Source: Bacteroidales bacterium
GTDB taxonomy: Bacteria; Bacteroidota; Bacteroidia; Bacteroidales; UBA7960
Direction: 5' to 3'
DNA length: 64,000 nt
NCBI GenBank assembly: GCA_019429365.1
Contig: JAHYJD010000004.1
Span: 26,663-90,662 of the forward strand
The position numbers were made by a program, and so were the translations under genes. The notes below the pieces were generated by a model. It saw only the letters and a program-made list of their open reading frames with translations, was not told the DNA's origin and ran no database searches. Positions 40,178 through 49,995 of the stretch are shown in pieces. Position 1 is the first letter of the stretch; each line of letters starts with the position of its first letter.

Positions 40178-41422
40178 ATGGCGATTTTAAAACCATTCAA
40201 AGGCTGGCGCCCCCCAAGGGAGATCGTGAAGGATTTGGCCTCCAGACCTTATGATGTGCTTAACTCAGCAGAAGCCCGTGCAGAAGCCGGCGACAATCCT
40301 TACAGCTTTCTGCGCGTGGTAAAACCAGAAATTGAACTGCCCGAAGGCACCAACCTGTATTCGCAGGAGGTGTACGACAAGGCCATTGAGAACTTCAGGA
40401 AGTTTCAGAACAAGGGTTACCTGCAGCAAGATGCTAAGCCCAATTTCTATGTGTATGCGCAAACCTGGGATAAGAAAACACAGTATGGTATTGTTGGCTG
40501 CGCCGGTGTGGAAGATTACCTGGACGACCGGATTAAAAAGCATGAGCTGACCCGCCCGGATAAAGAAGAAGACCGCATGAAGCACGTGCGCATGGTCAAT
40601 GCCAATGCCGAGCCTGTATTCTTTACCTATCCGGCTGTGGCCGAAATAGATGCCATTGTGGCAGGCATTACCAAAAACGCACCGGAATACGATTTTGTGG
40701 CCGACGATGGATTTGGCCATAAATTCTGGGTGATCGAAGACAGGAATACCGTCAAGACCCTGGAGGAGCTTTTTGCTGAGGTGCCTGCCTTCTACGTGGC
40801 CGACGGCCACCACCGCACCGCCGCTGCCGCTTTGGTTGGCGCCGAAAAAAAGAAAAACAACCCCAGCCACAACGGAGAAGAAGAGTACAACTTTTTTATG
40901 GCTGTATTATTCCCCGACAACCAGTTAACCATTATCGATTATAATCGCATGGTGAAGGACCTTAACGGCCTGAGCAAAGAAGAATTTCTGGCAAAGCTGA
41001 ATAAGGATTTTGTGGTGGAAGAAAAAGGGCATCTTGAACTGAAACCTGAAAAGTTGCATGCTTTTACCATGTACCTCGATGGCAAATGGTACGCCATGGA
41101 AGCCAAACCCGGAACTTACGACGATAATGATCCGATTGGGGTGCTGGATGTGACCATTCTTTCAAATCTGGTGCTTGATGAGATACTGGGCATCAAAAAT
41201 ATGCGTACCGACAAGCGCATCGATTTTGTGGGCGGCATCCGCGGCCTTGGCGAACTCAAGCGCCGTGTCGACAGCGGCGAAATGGCCGTGGCCTTTGCCC
41301 TGTATCCGGTTAGCATGAAACAACTGCTCGACATTGCCGATACCGGTAACATTATGCCCCCGAAAACTACCTGGTTTGAACCCAAGCTGCGCAGCGGCCT
41401 GGTGGTGCATACGCTGGATTAA
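40178..41422 (+). CDS. DUF1015 family protein
   Basis: PYDV, IKKHELT, YVADGHHRTAAA, MPPKTTWFEPKLRSGL. Confidence 0.92.
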   Translation: MAILKPFKGWRPPREIVKDLASRPYDVLNSAEARAEAGDNPYSFLRVVKPEIELPEGTNLYSQEVYDKAIENFRKFQNKGYLQQDAKPNFYVYAQTWDKKTQYGIVGCAGVEDYLDDRIKKHELTRPDKEEDRMKHVRMVNANAEPVFFTYPAVAEIDAIVAGITKNAPEYDFVADDGFGHKFWVIEDRNTVKTLEELFAEVPAFYVADGHHRTAAAALVGAEKKKNNPSHNGEEEYNFFMAVLFPDNQLTIIDYNRMVKDLNGLSKEEFLAKLNKDFVVEEKGHLELKPEKLHAFTMYLDGKWYAMEAKPGTYDDNDPIGVLDVTILSNLVLDEILGIKNMRTDKRIDFVGGIRGLGELKRRVDSGEMAVAFALYPVSMKQLLDIADTGNIMPPKTTWFEPKLRSGLVVHTLD

Positions 41423-41443
41423 ATTTCTGCTTGTAATTTATTG

Positions 41444-41475
41444 AAAGAGGCTGGCCACAGAGACCAGCCTCTTTT
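41444..41475 (+). terminator. Intrinsic terminator of the ser operon
   Basis: AAAGAGGCTGG-loop-CCAGCCTCTTTT. Confidence 0.85.
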
Positions 41476-41500
41476 CTATAACTGCCTATTATTTAAAACA

Positions 41501-42576
41501 ATGAGAAAATATTTTAAGCTATTTTTTTGTCAGTAATAGCAGTGATGGCATTCACAATGGCAAACTGCAAAAAGGAAAAGCCGGAAGTACCGCCTACTCT
41601 TACAACTTTAGATGTTAATAATATTACCTGGGTGAGTGCCTTAAGCGGCGGAGAAATTACCAACGATGGAGGAGGGCAAATTATAAGCAGGGGTGTTGTG
41701 TGGAGCAAAATGCCTAATCCAACCCTGGAGCTAAATAACGGTACGACCAATGAAGGCAGCGGACCGGGGCTTTTTCAAAGCAATATTCTGGGCCTTCAAC
41801 CTAATACTACCTATTACGTGCGGGCTTATGCCACTAACAGCAGTGGAAATGGATACGGGCAGCAGGAAAGCTTTGTAACCAGTGACATTGGAGAACCTGG
41901 GGGCGGTGTTACCGACATCGATGGGAACTTCTACCCCTCCGTAATTATCGGCAACCAGGAGTGGATGGCAGAAAACCTCAAAACCACACATTACCGCAAC
42001 GGCACCCCCATTGAATTCCCAGGAACAAATAACATAGCCTGGATGAACAATACTACCGGAGCCTATTCCTGGTATGGCAATGAATATATTGGTTGGAAGG
42101 ATATTTATGGCGGTTTGTATAACTGGTACGCAGTTAATAACAGCAATGGCTTGTGCCCCACCGGGTGGCATGTGCCCAGCGACGCTGAATGGACGGAATT
42201 GACAGATTATATTGTAGCACAAGGCTTCCCCAACTCCGATGTGTTAAACGGTACAGGTAACGCCTTAAAGTCCTGCCAGCAAGAATCATCGCCATTTGGC
42301 GGATTTTGTGCCCCTTCAATGCACCCAAGATGGGATTCAGATACCACTCATTACGGCACGGATGAATTTGGTTTTTCTGCTCTTCCGGGTGGCACCCGCT
42401 ATACCCAAGGTTTTTATTGGGGTATTGGTAACTTCGGCTTCTGGTGGAGTAGTACCGAGCACGATGCAACCATGGCCTCGCGACGGGTCATAGGTTTTAA
42501 CTTTGGCAATGTGGCCCAATACGACTTTTTTAAGGGGCACGGGCTTTCTGTCCGTTGTGTCCGGGATATGGATTGA
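41501..42576 (+). pseudogene. FISUMP (Fibrobacter succinogenes major paralogous domain) lipoprotein with an FN3-like domain, frameshifted in the signal peptide
   Basis: VTDIDGNFY..V.IGNQEWMAENL, YGGLYNW, CPTGWHVPSDAEW, GLSVRCVRD; YYVRAYATN. The ATG at 41501 is out of frame by one base at a T7 run. Confidence 0.75.
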
Positions 42577-42615
42577 ATTGGTTTTTTCTTATTCCCTTTC
42601 CCAGTATGTTATTTT

Positions 42616-42756
42616 GATTTCTCATGCTTTGCATTCGAAATGACAGGCTGGCAAATATTAGAGAGAGGGTATTGGGCGGTGCATTGCGCCGCCCAATGCC
42701 CTCTAAATCCTCCTGATTGGTTTTGTCATTTCGACACCGCTTGCGGTGGAGAAATC
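42616..42756. repeat. Nested palindromic REP-like element
   Basis: GATTTCTC..TCGAAATGACA and TGTCATTTCGA..GAGAAATC inverted ends, with an internal hairpin at 42664-42704. Confidence 0.75.
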
Positions 42757-42875
42757 TCCTTTTCCTATATTAACTGTAACAGCAGCTAGGTGAAATCTGG
42801 CGTGAGAAATCTTAAAGATTTTTCCGGCTCAAAAAAACTTTCCTCCCTTGGTTTTTAAATTCAGAAAAATATTTC

Positions 42876-42883
42876 TATCTTTG
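42876..42883 (+). promoter_or_regulatory. -7 box for rpmE2
   Basis: TATCTTTG(CA). Confidence 0.65.
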
Positions 42884-43033
42884 CAGTCCTGAAAAAACAA
42901 GCAATCAAGTTTGTCAGGATTAAATAAACAAAAAAGCATTTAATCGGGCTGTTTAACAAAACTTTTGAAGCTTTGTAGCATTTGGGATTCAACACTTCAG
43001 GTTGCTGACAGACTTCAAAAAACAAAAAGAATT

Positions 43034-43294
43034 ATGAGAAAAGATATCCATCCTAAAGATTATCGTTTCGTTGTTTTCAAGGACATGTCGAACGAATACG
43101 CATTTATAACCCGCTCAACGGCTGCCACCAAGGAAACCATTGTTTGGGAAGACGGCAAGGAATACCCCCTGGTGAAACTGGAAATTTCACACACCTCGCA
43201 CCCCTTTTATACCGGGAAACAACAGCTTGTTGATACCGCAGGACGTGTTGATAAATTCCGGACCAAGTACCAGAAACACCTCAAGCAGAAATAG
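43034..43294 (+). CDS. rpmE2: 50S ribosomal protein L31 type B
   Basis: [17 protein letters not shown]...[21 protein letters not shown]; no Zn-ribbon cysteines. Confidence 0.95.
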   Translation: MRKDIHPKDYRFVVFKDMSNEYAFITRSTAATKETIVWEDGKEYPLVKLEISHTSHPFYTGKQQLVDTAGRVDKFRTKYQKHLKQK

Positions 43295-43326
43295 TAAGAA
43301 CATTTCTTCAGGATACTTTTTTAATC

Positions 43327-43352
43327 AGCCCTTTTTTTAAGGGCTTTTTTTT
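43327..43352 (+). terminator. Intrinsic terminator
   Basis: AGCCCTT..AAGGGCTTTTTTTT. Confidence 0.75.
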
Positions 43353-43417
43353 AATATTTTTTTCTATCTTTAAGCGTTTTTGAGCCATAACCTATTGACA
43401 AACTAACCATAATCACG

Positions 43418-44605
43418 ATGAATTATATTCTTTTCGGTGACCACACCCGCACCCACTTGCTTCCTTTTACATTTATCCGCCCTATAGCCGATATTCGCGT
43501 TGGTATATTTACCATTCGCGAAAAATGGGAGCGTTACCTGGGCAAGAAAACTTCTTCCCTTACCCAGGACTACCTCAGCGTGAAATATCCACTGGTGAAA
43601 GAAGAGGATAATGTGCTGGTCAACTCCAGCATTTTTCCAAATGAGAAGCTGATTGCAGAAATTAAAAAACTGAAGCCCAACCAAACGCTGGTGACAGGGG
43701 AAACCCTGATTGCCCACAGGATTCGCGACAAGGATATTGACAACCTCGACACCGATCTTCTTGAGGCCGTTGAGCCCATGGAAACCAAAGCGCCTTTGAT
43801 TAAACTTTCTAACCTTTGGGATATTGTTATCCAAAACGATCAGGCTATTCTGGATGATTTTGCACTGATTACCAAGGGGCGCAAAAGCCAGCCCCTGGGC
43901 GATCATGTGCGGGTTATTGCTCCCGAAAATGTGTTTGTTGAAGAAGGTGCTGTGCTTGAAATGGCATTTATTAATGCTTCTGAAGGGCCTGTGTATATTG
44001 GAAAAAACGCGCACATTATGGATGGTGCACTGCTGCGCGGCCCCCTGGCGGTAGGTGATCATTCAAAAATCAGAATGGGTGCGAAAATTTACCCCGGATC
44101 CTCGATTGGCCCGTATTGTAAAGTGGGTGGCGAAATGAGCCATTCGGTAATTTTTGGCTATACCAACAAGGCCCACGATGGCTTCCTGGGACACAGTGTT
44201 ATTGGCGAATGGTGCAACCTGGGAGCCGATACCAATGCCTCAAACCTGAAAAACAACTACGACGAAGTGCGCCTCTGGGATTATGCAGAAAACAGTTTTG
44301 TGAACACCGGTCTGCAGTTTTGTGGCACCTTTATGGGCGACTATTCCAAGTGCGGCATAAACACCATGTTCAATACCGGTACGGTGGTGGGTATCAATGC
44401 CCAGATTTTCGGTGCCGGCTTTATGCGAAATTTTATTCCTTCGTTTTCGTGGGGAAGCGTGGCAGGCTTCAGCAATGTGGATATTAATAAAGCCGTGCAG
44501 GTGGCACAGCGCGTGCATGCCCGCCGCAACCTCGACTTCGGTGAAGTGGAAGAAAGCATCTTACGCAACGTCTACAACCAGTCGTTCAATTATAGGCGAC
44601 TGTAA
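43418..44605 (+). CDS. GlmU-related putative sugar nucleotidyl/acyl transferase
   Basis: LLPFTFIRP.ADIRVGI.TIREKW; left-handed beta-helix; NKAHDGFLG.S.IGEWCNLGA. Confidence 0.85.
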   Translation: MNYILFGDHTRTHLLPFTFIRPIADIRVGIFTIREKWERYLGKKTSSLTQDYLSVKYPLVKEEDNVLVNSSIFPNEKLIAEIKKLKPNQTLVTGETLIAHRIRDKDIDNLDTDLLEAVEPMETKAPLIKLSNLWDIVIQNDQAILDDFALITKGRKSQPLGDHVRVIAPENVFVEEGAVLEMAFINASEGPVYIGKNAHIMDGALLRGPLAVGDHSKIRMGAKIYPGSSIGPYCKVGGEMSHSVIFGYTNKAHDGFLGHSVIGEWCNLGADTNASNLKNNYDEVRLWDYAENSFVNTGLQFCGTFMGDYSKCGINTMFNTGTVVGINAQIFGAGFMRNFIPSFSWGSVAGFSNVDINKAVQVAQRVHARRNLDFGEVEESILRNVYNQSFNYRRL

Positions 44606-44629
44606 GAAGTGCAGAGAATTAATTTTTTG

Positions 44630-44664
44630 GGTGCTTTGCAAAACCTGCAAAGCACCTTTTTTTT
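44630..44664 (+). terminator. Intrinsic terminator
   Basis: GGTGCTTTGCA-aaacc-TGCAAAGCACC-TTTTTTTT. Confidence 0.88.
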
Positions 44665-44704
44665 AATGCTGACAATTTGATCCTTTTTATTCCTTTAGTT
44701 TTAA

Positions 44705-44719
44705 TGGCACGGCTGTTGT
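44705..44719 (+). promoter_or_regulatory. Candidate sigma54 (-24/-12) promoter for lon
   Basis: TGGCACGgctgTTGt against consensus TGGCACG-N4-TTGC. Confidence 0.5.
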
Positions 44720-44887
44720 TCCTTTCTAGGGCATTAAAAAAGATCAGGTTGAGAAAATACTAGCAAAGTTGTAATGTGCTGGTTTTGCAGTTTTTATGAG
44801 AGCTAAAACAATAAGGGTGCAGGGCTGTTAGTTTTAAACCTGCCTTTTTTTCATTTATTAATGACAAATTGACGTTAAAATTCTAAT

Positions 44888-47344
44888 ATGGATAATTTTT
44901 TTGAAAGAGAAAGCCTTCAATTTTCTGATATTGTAGATGCCGACAGTGAATTCATTCCCTTGCTTAGCTCTGAGGAGGAAGAGCAGATGGCCGCTGAGCA
45001 GATTCCGGATATTCTACCCATTCTTCCTTTAAAAAATACGGTGCTGTTTCCCGGGGTGGTTATTCCCATTACCGTGGGCCGCGATAAATCAATTCGCCTG
45101 GTAAAAGAAGTTTACAGGAAAAACCGCGTCATTGGTGTGGTGTCGCAAAAGAATGCAGATATCGAGGATCCCGAGTTCGAAGACCTGAACCGCATAGGTA
45201 CTTTTGCTCATATTATAAAAACCCTGCAAATGCCCGATGGCAATACCACCGTTATTATTCAAGGGAAAAAAAGGCTTGAAATAAAGGAGTTGGTAACCAC
45301 CGAGCCTTACTTCAAAGCCAGGGTGGTTGCTTTCGACAGCAAGATCAGGGTGAAAAGTGATCAACGGTTCAAGGCTTTGATTGCCACCATTAAGGACCTT
45401 TCCATTCAAATAGTGAAGCTCTCGGCCAACATTCCCAGCGAAGCAGCTTTTGCCATCAAGAACATTGACAGCCCGGCATTCCTTGTCAACTTTATTTCGT
45501 CTAATCTGAATATCGATAACGAGCAGAAGCAAAAGCTGCTCGAAACGCCTGACCTGGGTGAGCGGGCAAATATTGTGCTGGAGCACTTGACCCGCGAGCT
45601 GCAGGTGGTCGAACTTAAAAACCAGATTCAGTCGAAAGTTAAAGTGGACATCGATAAGCAGCAGCGCGACTATATCCTGAATCAGCAACTTAAAACCATA
45701 CAGGAGGAACTGGGTGGCAATCCTTACGATCAGCAAATTGTAGATCTGAAAGAACGTGCTAAGGGCAAAAAGTGGAGCAAGCAGGTACAGGATGTTTTCG
45801 AGAAAGAGATCGTTAAGTTACAGCGAATAAACCCTGCTGCTATGGAGTTCTCCATCCACCTAAACTACCTCGAAACCCTGGTTGAACTTCCCTGGAACGA
45901 GTTTTCGAAGGACAAGTTCGATCTCAAGAAGGCACAGCGAGTGCTCGACCGCGACCACTACGGTCTGGAAAAGATCAAGGAACGCATCATCGAATACCTC
46001 GCCGTACTCAAACTCAAAGGCAACATGAAGTCGCCCATTTTGTGTTTTGTAGGACCTCCCGGGGTGGGTAAAACTTCGCTCGGCAAATCCATTGCCGAAG
46101 CTGTTGGACGGCAGTACATCCGCATGTCGCTTGGTGGCCTGCGCGATGAGGCAGAAATTCGTGGCCATCGTAAAACCTACGTGGGAGCCATGCCCGGCCG
46201 AATTATCCAGAACCTGAAAAAGGCCAAAAAGAGCAACCCGGTTTTTGTACTCGACGAAATAGATAAGGTCGGCTATCAGACCTTCTCGGGTGATCCATCC
46301 TCGGCCATGCTCGAGGTACTCGACCCTGAGCAGAATGTGGCCTTTTACGACAATTATCTGGAAGTGGACTACGACCTGTCCAATGTGATGTTTATTGCTA
46401 CGGCCAACAATCTTTCCAATATTCAGCCTGCACTGCGCGATCGCATGGAAATCATTCATCTGAGCGGTTACATTGTGGAGGAGAAAATTGAAATAGCCCG
46501 CCGTCACCTGCTGCCCAAGCAGCTGTCGGAGCACGGATTGGAAAAGGACCAACTGAGGTTCAGCAAAAAAGTGCTCGAGAAAATTATACAGGATTACACC
46601 CGTGAGTCGGGGGTAAGGACCCTGGAAAAGCGCATTGCCAAAGTGATACGTGCAAAGGCCCGCGAAATCGTTATGGGAGAAACCTTCGATCAGAATTTGA
46701 AGGTGGATGAGGTTGAAAAGATTCTTGGGGCTCCCGTTTTTGCCCGCGACCAGTCGCAGCTCAAAGACCTTGCAGGTGTCATGACAGGTTTGGCCTGGAC
46801 ATGGGCTGGAGGAGAAGTGCTTTACATTGAGGTCAGCATCAGCAAGGGCAAGGGACAGCTAACCCTCACCGGAAATCTTGGTGATGTTATGAAGGAATCG
46901 GCCACCCTGGCCTACGAATACCTCAAGTCGCAGGCTCCCAGGCTGGGCATCGACTCACGCATCTTCGAAAAATACAATGTGCACATGCACGTGCCCGAAG
47001 GCGCCACCCCAAAAGACGGTCCTTCGGCGGGCATCACCATGTTTGCAGCCCTTACTTCTGCCTTTACCCAGCGTAAGGTGAAGCCTGGTGTGGCCATGAC
47101 CGGCGAAATTACCCTTCGTGGAAAAGTATTGCCCGTGGGCGGCATAAAGGAAAAAATCCTTGCCGCAAAACGCGCTGGAATACAGACCATTATCCTTTCG
47201 GCAGACAACCGTAAGGACGTGGCAGAGATCAACCAGCTCTACCTGCAAGGCCTCAACTTTGTATATATCAGGGAAATGATCGAAGTAGTCGATCTGGCCA
47301 TGGAAAAGGAAACCGTGAAAAAGCCCATTCAGTTCGAGGTGTAA
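44888..47344 (+). CDS. lon: ATP-dependent Lon protease
   Basis: [35 protein letters not shown] (catalytic Ser), GGIKEK. Confidence 0.98.
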   Translation: MDNFFERESLQFSDIVDADSEFIPLLSSEEEEQMAAEQIPDILPILPLKNTVLFPGVVIPITVGRDKSIRLVKEVYRKNRVIGVVSQKNADIEDPEFEDLNRIGTFAHIIKTLQMPDGNTTVIIQGKKRLEIKELVTTEPYFKARVVAFDSKIRVKSDQRFKALIATIKDLSIQIVKLSANIPSEAAFAIKNIDSPAFLVNFISSNLNIDNEQKQKLLETPDLGERANIVLEHLTRELQVVELKNQIQSKVKVDIDKQQRDYILNQQLKTIQEELGGNPYDQQIVDLKERAKGKKWSKQVQDVFEKEIVKLQRINPAAMEFSIHLNYLETLVELPWNEFSKDKFDLKKAQRVLDRDHYGLEKIKERIIEYLAVLKLKGNMKSPILCFVGPPGVGKTSLGKSIAEAVGRQYIRMSLGGLRDEAEIRGHRKTYVGAMPGRIIQNLKKAKKSNPVFVLDEIDKVGYQTFSGDPSSAMLEVLDPEQNVAFYDNYLEVDYDLSNVMFIATANNLSNIQPALRDRMEIIHLSGYIVEEKIEIARRHLLPKQLSEHGLEKDQLRFSKKVLEKIIQDYTRESGVRTLEKRIAKVIRAKAREIVMGETFDQNLKVDEVEKILGAPVFARDQSQLKDLAGVMTGLAWTWAGGEVLYIEVSISKGKGQLTLTGNLGDVMKESATLAYEYLKSQAPRLGIDSRIFEKYNVHMHVPEGATPKDGPSAGITMFAALTSAFTQRKVKPGVAMTGEITLRGKVLPVGGIKEKILAAKRAGIQTIILSADNRKDVAEINQLYLQGLNFVYIREMIEVVDLAMEKETVKKPIQFEV

Positions 47345-47392
47345 AAGTGCCTTAAAATCTGATATTTAGTTTGTTGTTTGTGGAAAAAATTC

Positions 47393-47400
47393 TACCTTTG
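47393..47400 (+). promoter_or_regulatory. -7 box for rpsA
   Basis: TACCTTTG(CA). Confidence 0.65.
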
Positions 47401-47504
47401 CAGTCCCTTTTCAGGGCCTGTAATTCACTTATTGTTTAACCCGGTTTGTCTGGAGTAAGCATGCGAAACTCCGGAAAACCACAGTATTTAATCACCCTTT
47501 TTAA

Positions 47505-49853
47505 ATGTCAGAAGAAAACAAAAATCTGAACCCTTCGGAAGAGCAGCCAGTAGAGAAGCCTGTTGAGCAGATCGAAAACCAGCCTGAAGCTGTTGAAACA
47601 CCCGCAGATGAAGTAGCCGAAACACCTGCTGAAGAAGTAGCTGAAACACCTGCTGAAGAAGCAGCCGAAACACCTGCTGAAGAGGTAACCGAAAAGCCTG
47701 CTGAAGAGGTAACCGAAATGCCTGCTGAAGAAGCAGTCGAAACCCCGGCAGAAGAGGTTGTTGAAACGCACAAAGCTGAAACCCAGCCAGAAACTCCAAA
47801 AAAGAAAACCAGTGAAAGTGCATTTACTGCCCAGGTGGCAGGCGAATTTGACTGGGATTCCATTGGTAAGAAGCAGGAAGCATATTCTGCTGCTGAGCGC
47901 CAGCGCATGGAAAGCCTGTACGAGGAAACCCTTAAGTCGATTGGCGAAGGCGAAGTAATCGATGGCACCGTTGTTTCAATGAACAACCGCGAAGTGGTAG
48001 TTAACATTGGCTTCAAATCCGACGGGGTCATTCCTGCCGCTGAAGTACGTTACAATGCCAATCTCAGTGTTGGCGATCCCATTGAAGTGTATGTAGAAAG
48101 TCAGGAAGATACCAGCGGCCAGCTCGTGCTCTCGCACAAGAAGGCCCGCACCCTGCGTTCTTGGGAGCGTATCAACTCAGCCATGGACAACGACGAAATC
48201 ATCAACGGTTTCGTGAAGTGCCGCACCAAAGGTGGTCTTATTGTCGATGTATTTGGCATAGAGGCCTTCCTGCCCGGCTCACAGATTGATGTAAAACCCA
48301 TTCGCGATTATGACATCTACGTGGGCAAAACCATGGAATTCAAGGTGGTGAAAATAAACCACGAATACAAAAACGTGGTGGTTTCACACAAAGCTCTTAT
48401 CGAAGCCGAACTTGAGATTCAGAAGGCAGAAATTATTGCCAAGCTTGAAAAAGGACAGATCCTTGAAGGAACTGTTAAAAATATTACCTCATATGGTGTG
48501 TTTGTCGACCTGGGTGGTGTTGATGGTTTGGTTCACATTACCGACCTTTCCTGGGGCCGTATCAATCACCCCGAAGAAATCGTTAACCTCGATGAGAAAA
48601 TCAACGTGGTTATTCTCGATTTCGACGAGAACAAGAAGCGCATTGCCCTTGGTCTTAAGCAGCTTACCTCACACCCATGGGATTCGCTTGACGAAACCAT
48701 GAAGGTTGGCGACAAGGTAAAAGGCAAAGTAGTGGTTATTGCCGACTACGGTGCATTTATCGAAATTGCTCCTGGGGTAGAAGGCCTGATTCACGTTTCA
48801 GAAATGTCGTGGTCGCAGCACCTGCGAACCGCTCAGGACTTCCTGAAGGTGGGCGACGAGGTAGATGCTATCATTCTTACTCTCGACCGTGATGAGCGCA
48901 AAATGTCGCTCGGTATCAAGCAACTGATTCCTGATCCATGGGAAAACATTGTGGAGAAATATCCCGTGAATTCAAAGCATACCGCCACCGTTCGCAACTT
49001 TACCAACTTCGGTATTTTTGTTGAGCTGGAAGAAGGCGTGGATGGCCTGATTCACATCAGCGACCTGTCGTGGAGTAAGAAAATCAAGCATCCTGCTGAG
49101 TTCACCAAAATTGGTGAAAGCATCGAAGTAGTCGTGCTTGATGTGGACAAGGAAAACCGCCGCCTTAGCCTCGGCCACAAGCAGCTGGAAGAAAATCCAT
49201 GGGATGTGTTCGAAAGTGTTTTCACCATCGACACCGTTCACCAGGGTACCATTGTTGGAACTTCCGACAAAGGCGTGATCGTTTCGCTTCCCTATGGCGT
49301 TGAAGGTTTTGCGCCCACCCGCCACATTGTGAAGGAAGACGGCAGCCCCGCCAAAATGGAGGACACCCTCGACTTCAAAGTGATTGAGTTCAACAAGGAA
49401 AGCAAGAAAATCGTTGTTTCTCATACCAAGGTTTTCCAGGATATGAAGTCGGCCGAAAAAGCCGTCGAAACAGCCGACCGCAAAGCCAAGGAGAAAACGA
49501 CCAAGACCGCTGTGAAGAAAATCAAGGACACCATGGAAAAAACTACCCTTGGTGACCTGAGCGTGCTTGCCAACCTGAAGTCAGAGATTGAGAAGACCGA
49601 GAAATCGGCTCTTAAGGAAAAACTGGCTGCCATGGACGAGAAGGAGAAAGCTAAAGAAGAGGTTAAGGATGACGCCAAAGAAGAAGTAAAGGAAGAAAAG
49701 CCCAAGGCTAAAACCACCCGCAAGAAGAAGGAAGAGACTTCTGAAGAGGAAACCCCTGTTGCGGAGGAAAAGCCCGTTGCTGACGAAGCCCCTGAAGCCC
49801 CTGCCGCGGAAGAAAAGCCCGCTGCAGACGAAGCTGAAGAAACCAAGGAGTAA
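47505..49853 (+). CDS. rpsA: 30S ribosomal protein S1 with acidic N- and C-terminal extensions
   Basis: Repeated S1 domains (AFLPGSQID, DGLVHITDLSW, EGLIHVSEMSW, DGLIHISDLSW); EKTTLGDL. Confidence 0.97.
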   Translation: MSEENKNLNPSEEQPVEKPVEQIENQPEAVETPADEVAETPAEEVAETPAEEAAETPAEEVTEKPAEEVTEMPAEEAVETPAEEVVETHKAETQPETPKKKTSESAFTAQVAGEFDWDSIGKKQEAYSAAERQRMESLYEETLKSIGEGEVIDGTVVSMNNREVVVNIGFKSDGVIPAAEVRYNANLSVGDPIEVYVESQEDTSGQLVLSHKKARTLRSWERINSAMDNDEIINGFVKCRTKGGLIVDVFGIEAFLPGSQIDVKPIRDYDIYVGKTMEFKVVKINHEYKNVVVSHKALIEAELEIQKAEIIAKLEKGQILEGTVKNITSYGVFVDLGGVDGLVHITDLSWGRINHPEEIVNLDEKINVVILDFDENKKRIALGLKQLTSHPWDSLDETMKVGDKVKGKVVVIADYGAFIEIAPGVEGLIHVSEMSWSQHLRTAQDFLKVGDEVDAIILTLDRDERKMSLGIKQLIPDPWENIVEKYPVNSKHTATVRNFTNFGIFVELEEGVDGLIHISDLSWSKKIKHPAEFTKIGESIEVVVLDVDKENRRLSLGHKQLEENPWDVFESVFTIDTVHQGTIVGTSDKGVIVSLPYGVEGFAPTRHIVKEDGSPAKMEDTLDFKVIEFNKESKKIVVSHTKVFQDMKSAEKAVETADRKAKEKTTKTAVKKIKDTMEKTTLGDLSVLANLKSEIEKTEKSALKEKLAAMDEKEKAKEEVKDDAKEEVKEEKPKAKTTRKKKEETSEEETPVAEEKPVADEAPEAPAAEEKPAADEAEETKE
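47583..47774 (+). repeat. 24-bp coding tandem repeat in rpsA (EEVAETPA-like) x8
   Basis: gaagaagtagctgaaacacctgct-type units. Confidence 0.9.
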
Positions 49854-49874
49854 CAACCCTGATTTCGTTCAAAT

Positions 49875-49911
49875 AAAAAAAGCCGCCCGGGTGCTATCCC
49901 GGGCGGCTTTT
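49875..49911. terminator. Bidirectional intrinsic terminator
   Basis: AAAAAAAGCCGCCCGGG-tgctat-CCCGGGCGGCTTTT. Confidence 0.9.
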
Positions 49912-49936
49912 CTATTCTTTGGCTCTTGTTATTTTT

Positions 49937-49981
49937 CTCTTAAGTCTCTTAAGTCTCTGAGGTCCCTAAAGTCACTTATGT
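49937..49981. repeat. Degenerate 9-bp tandem repeat x5
   Basis: ctcttaagt ctcttaagt ctctgaggt ccctaaagt cacttatgt. Confidence 0.8.
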
Positions 49982-49995
49982 TATAAAGGACGTTG

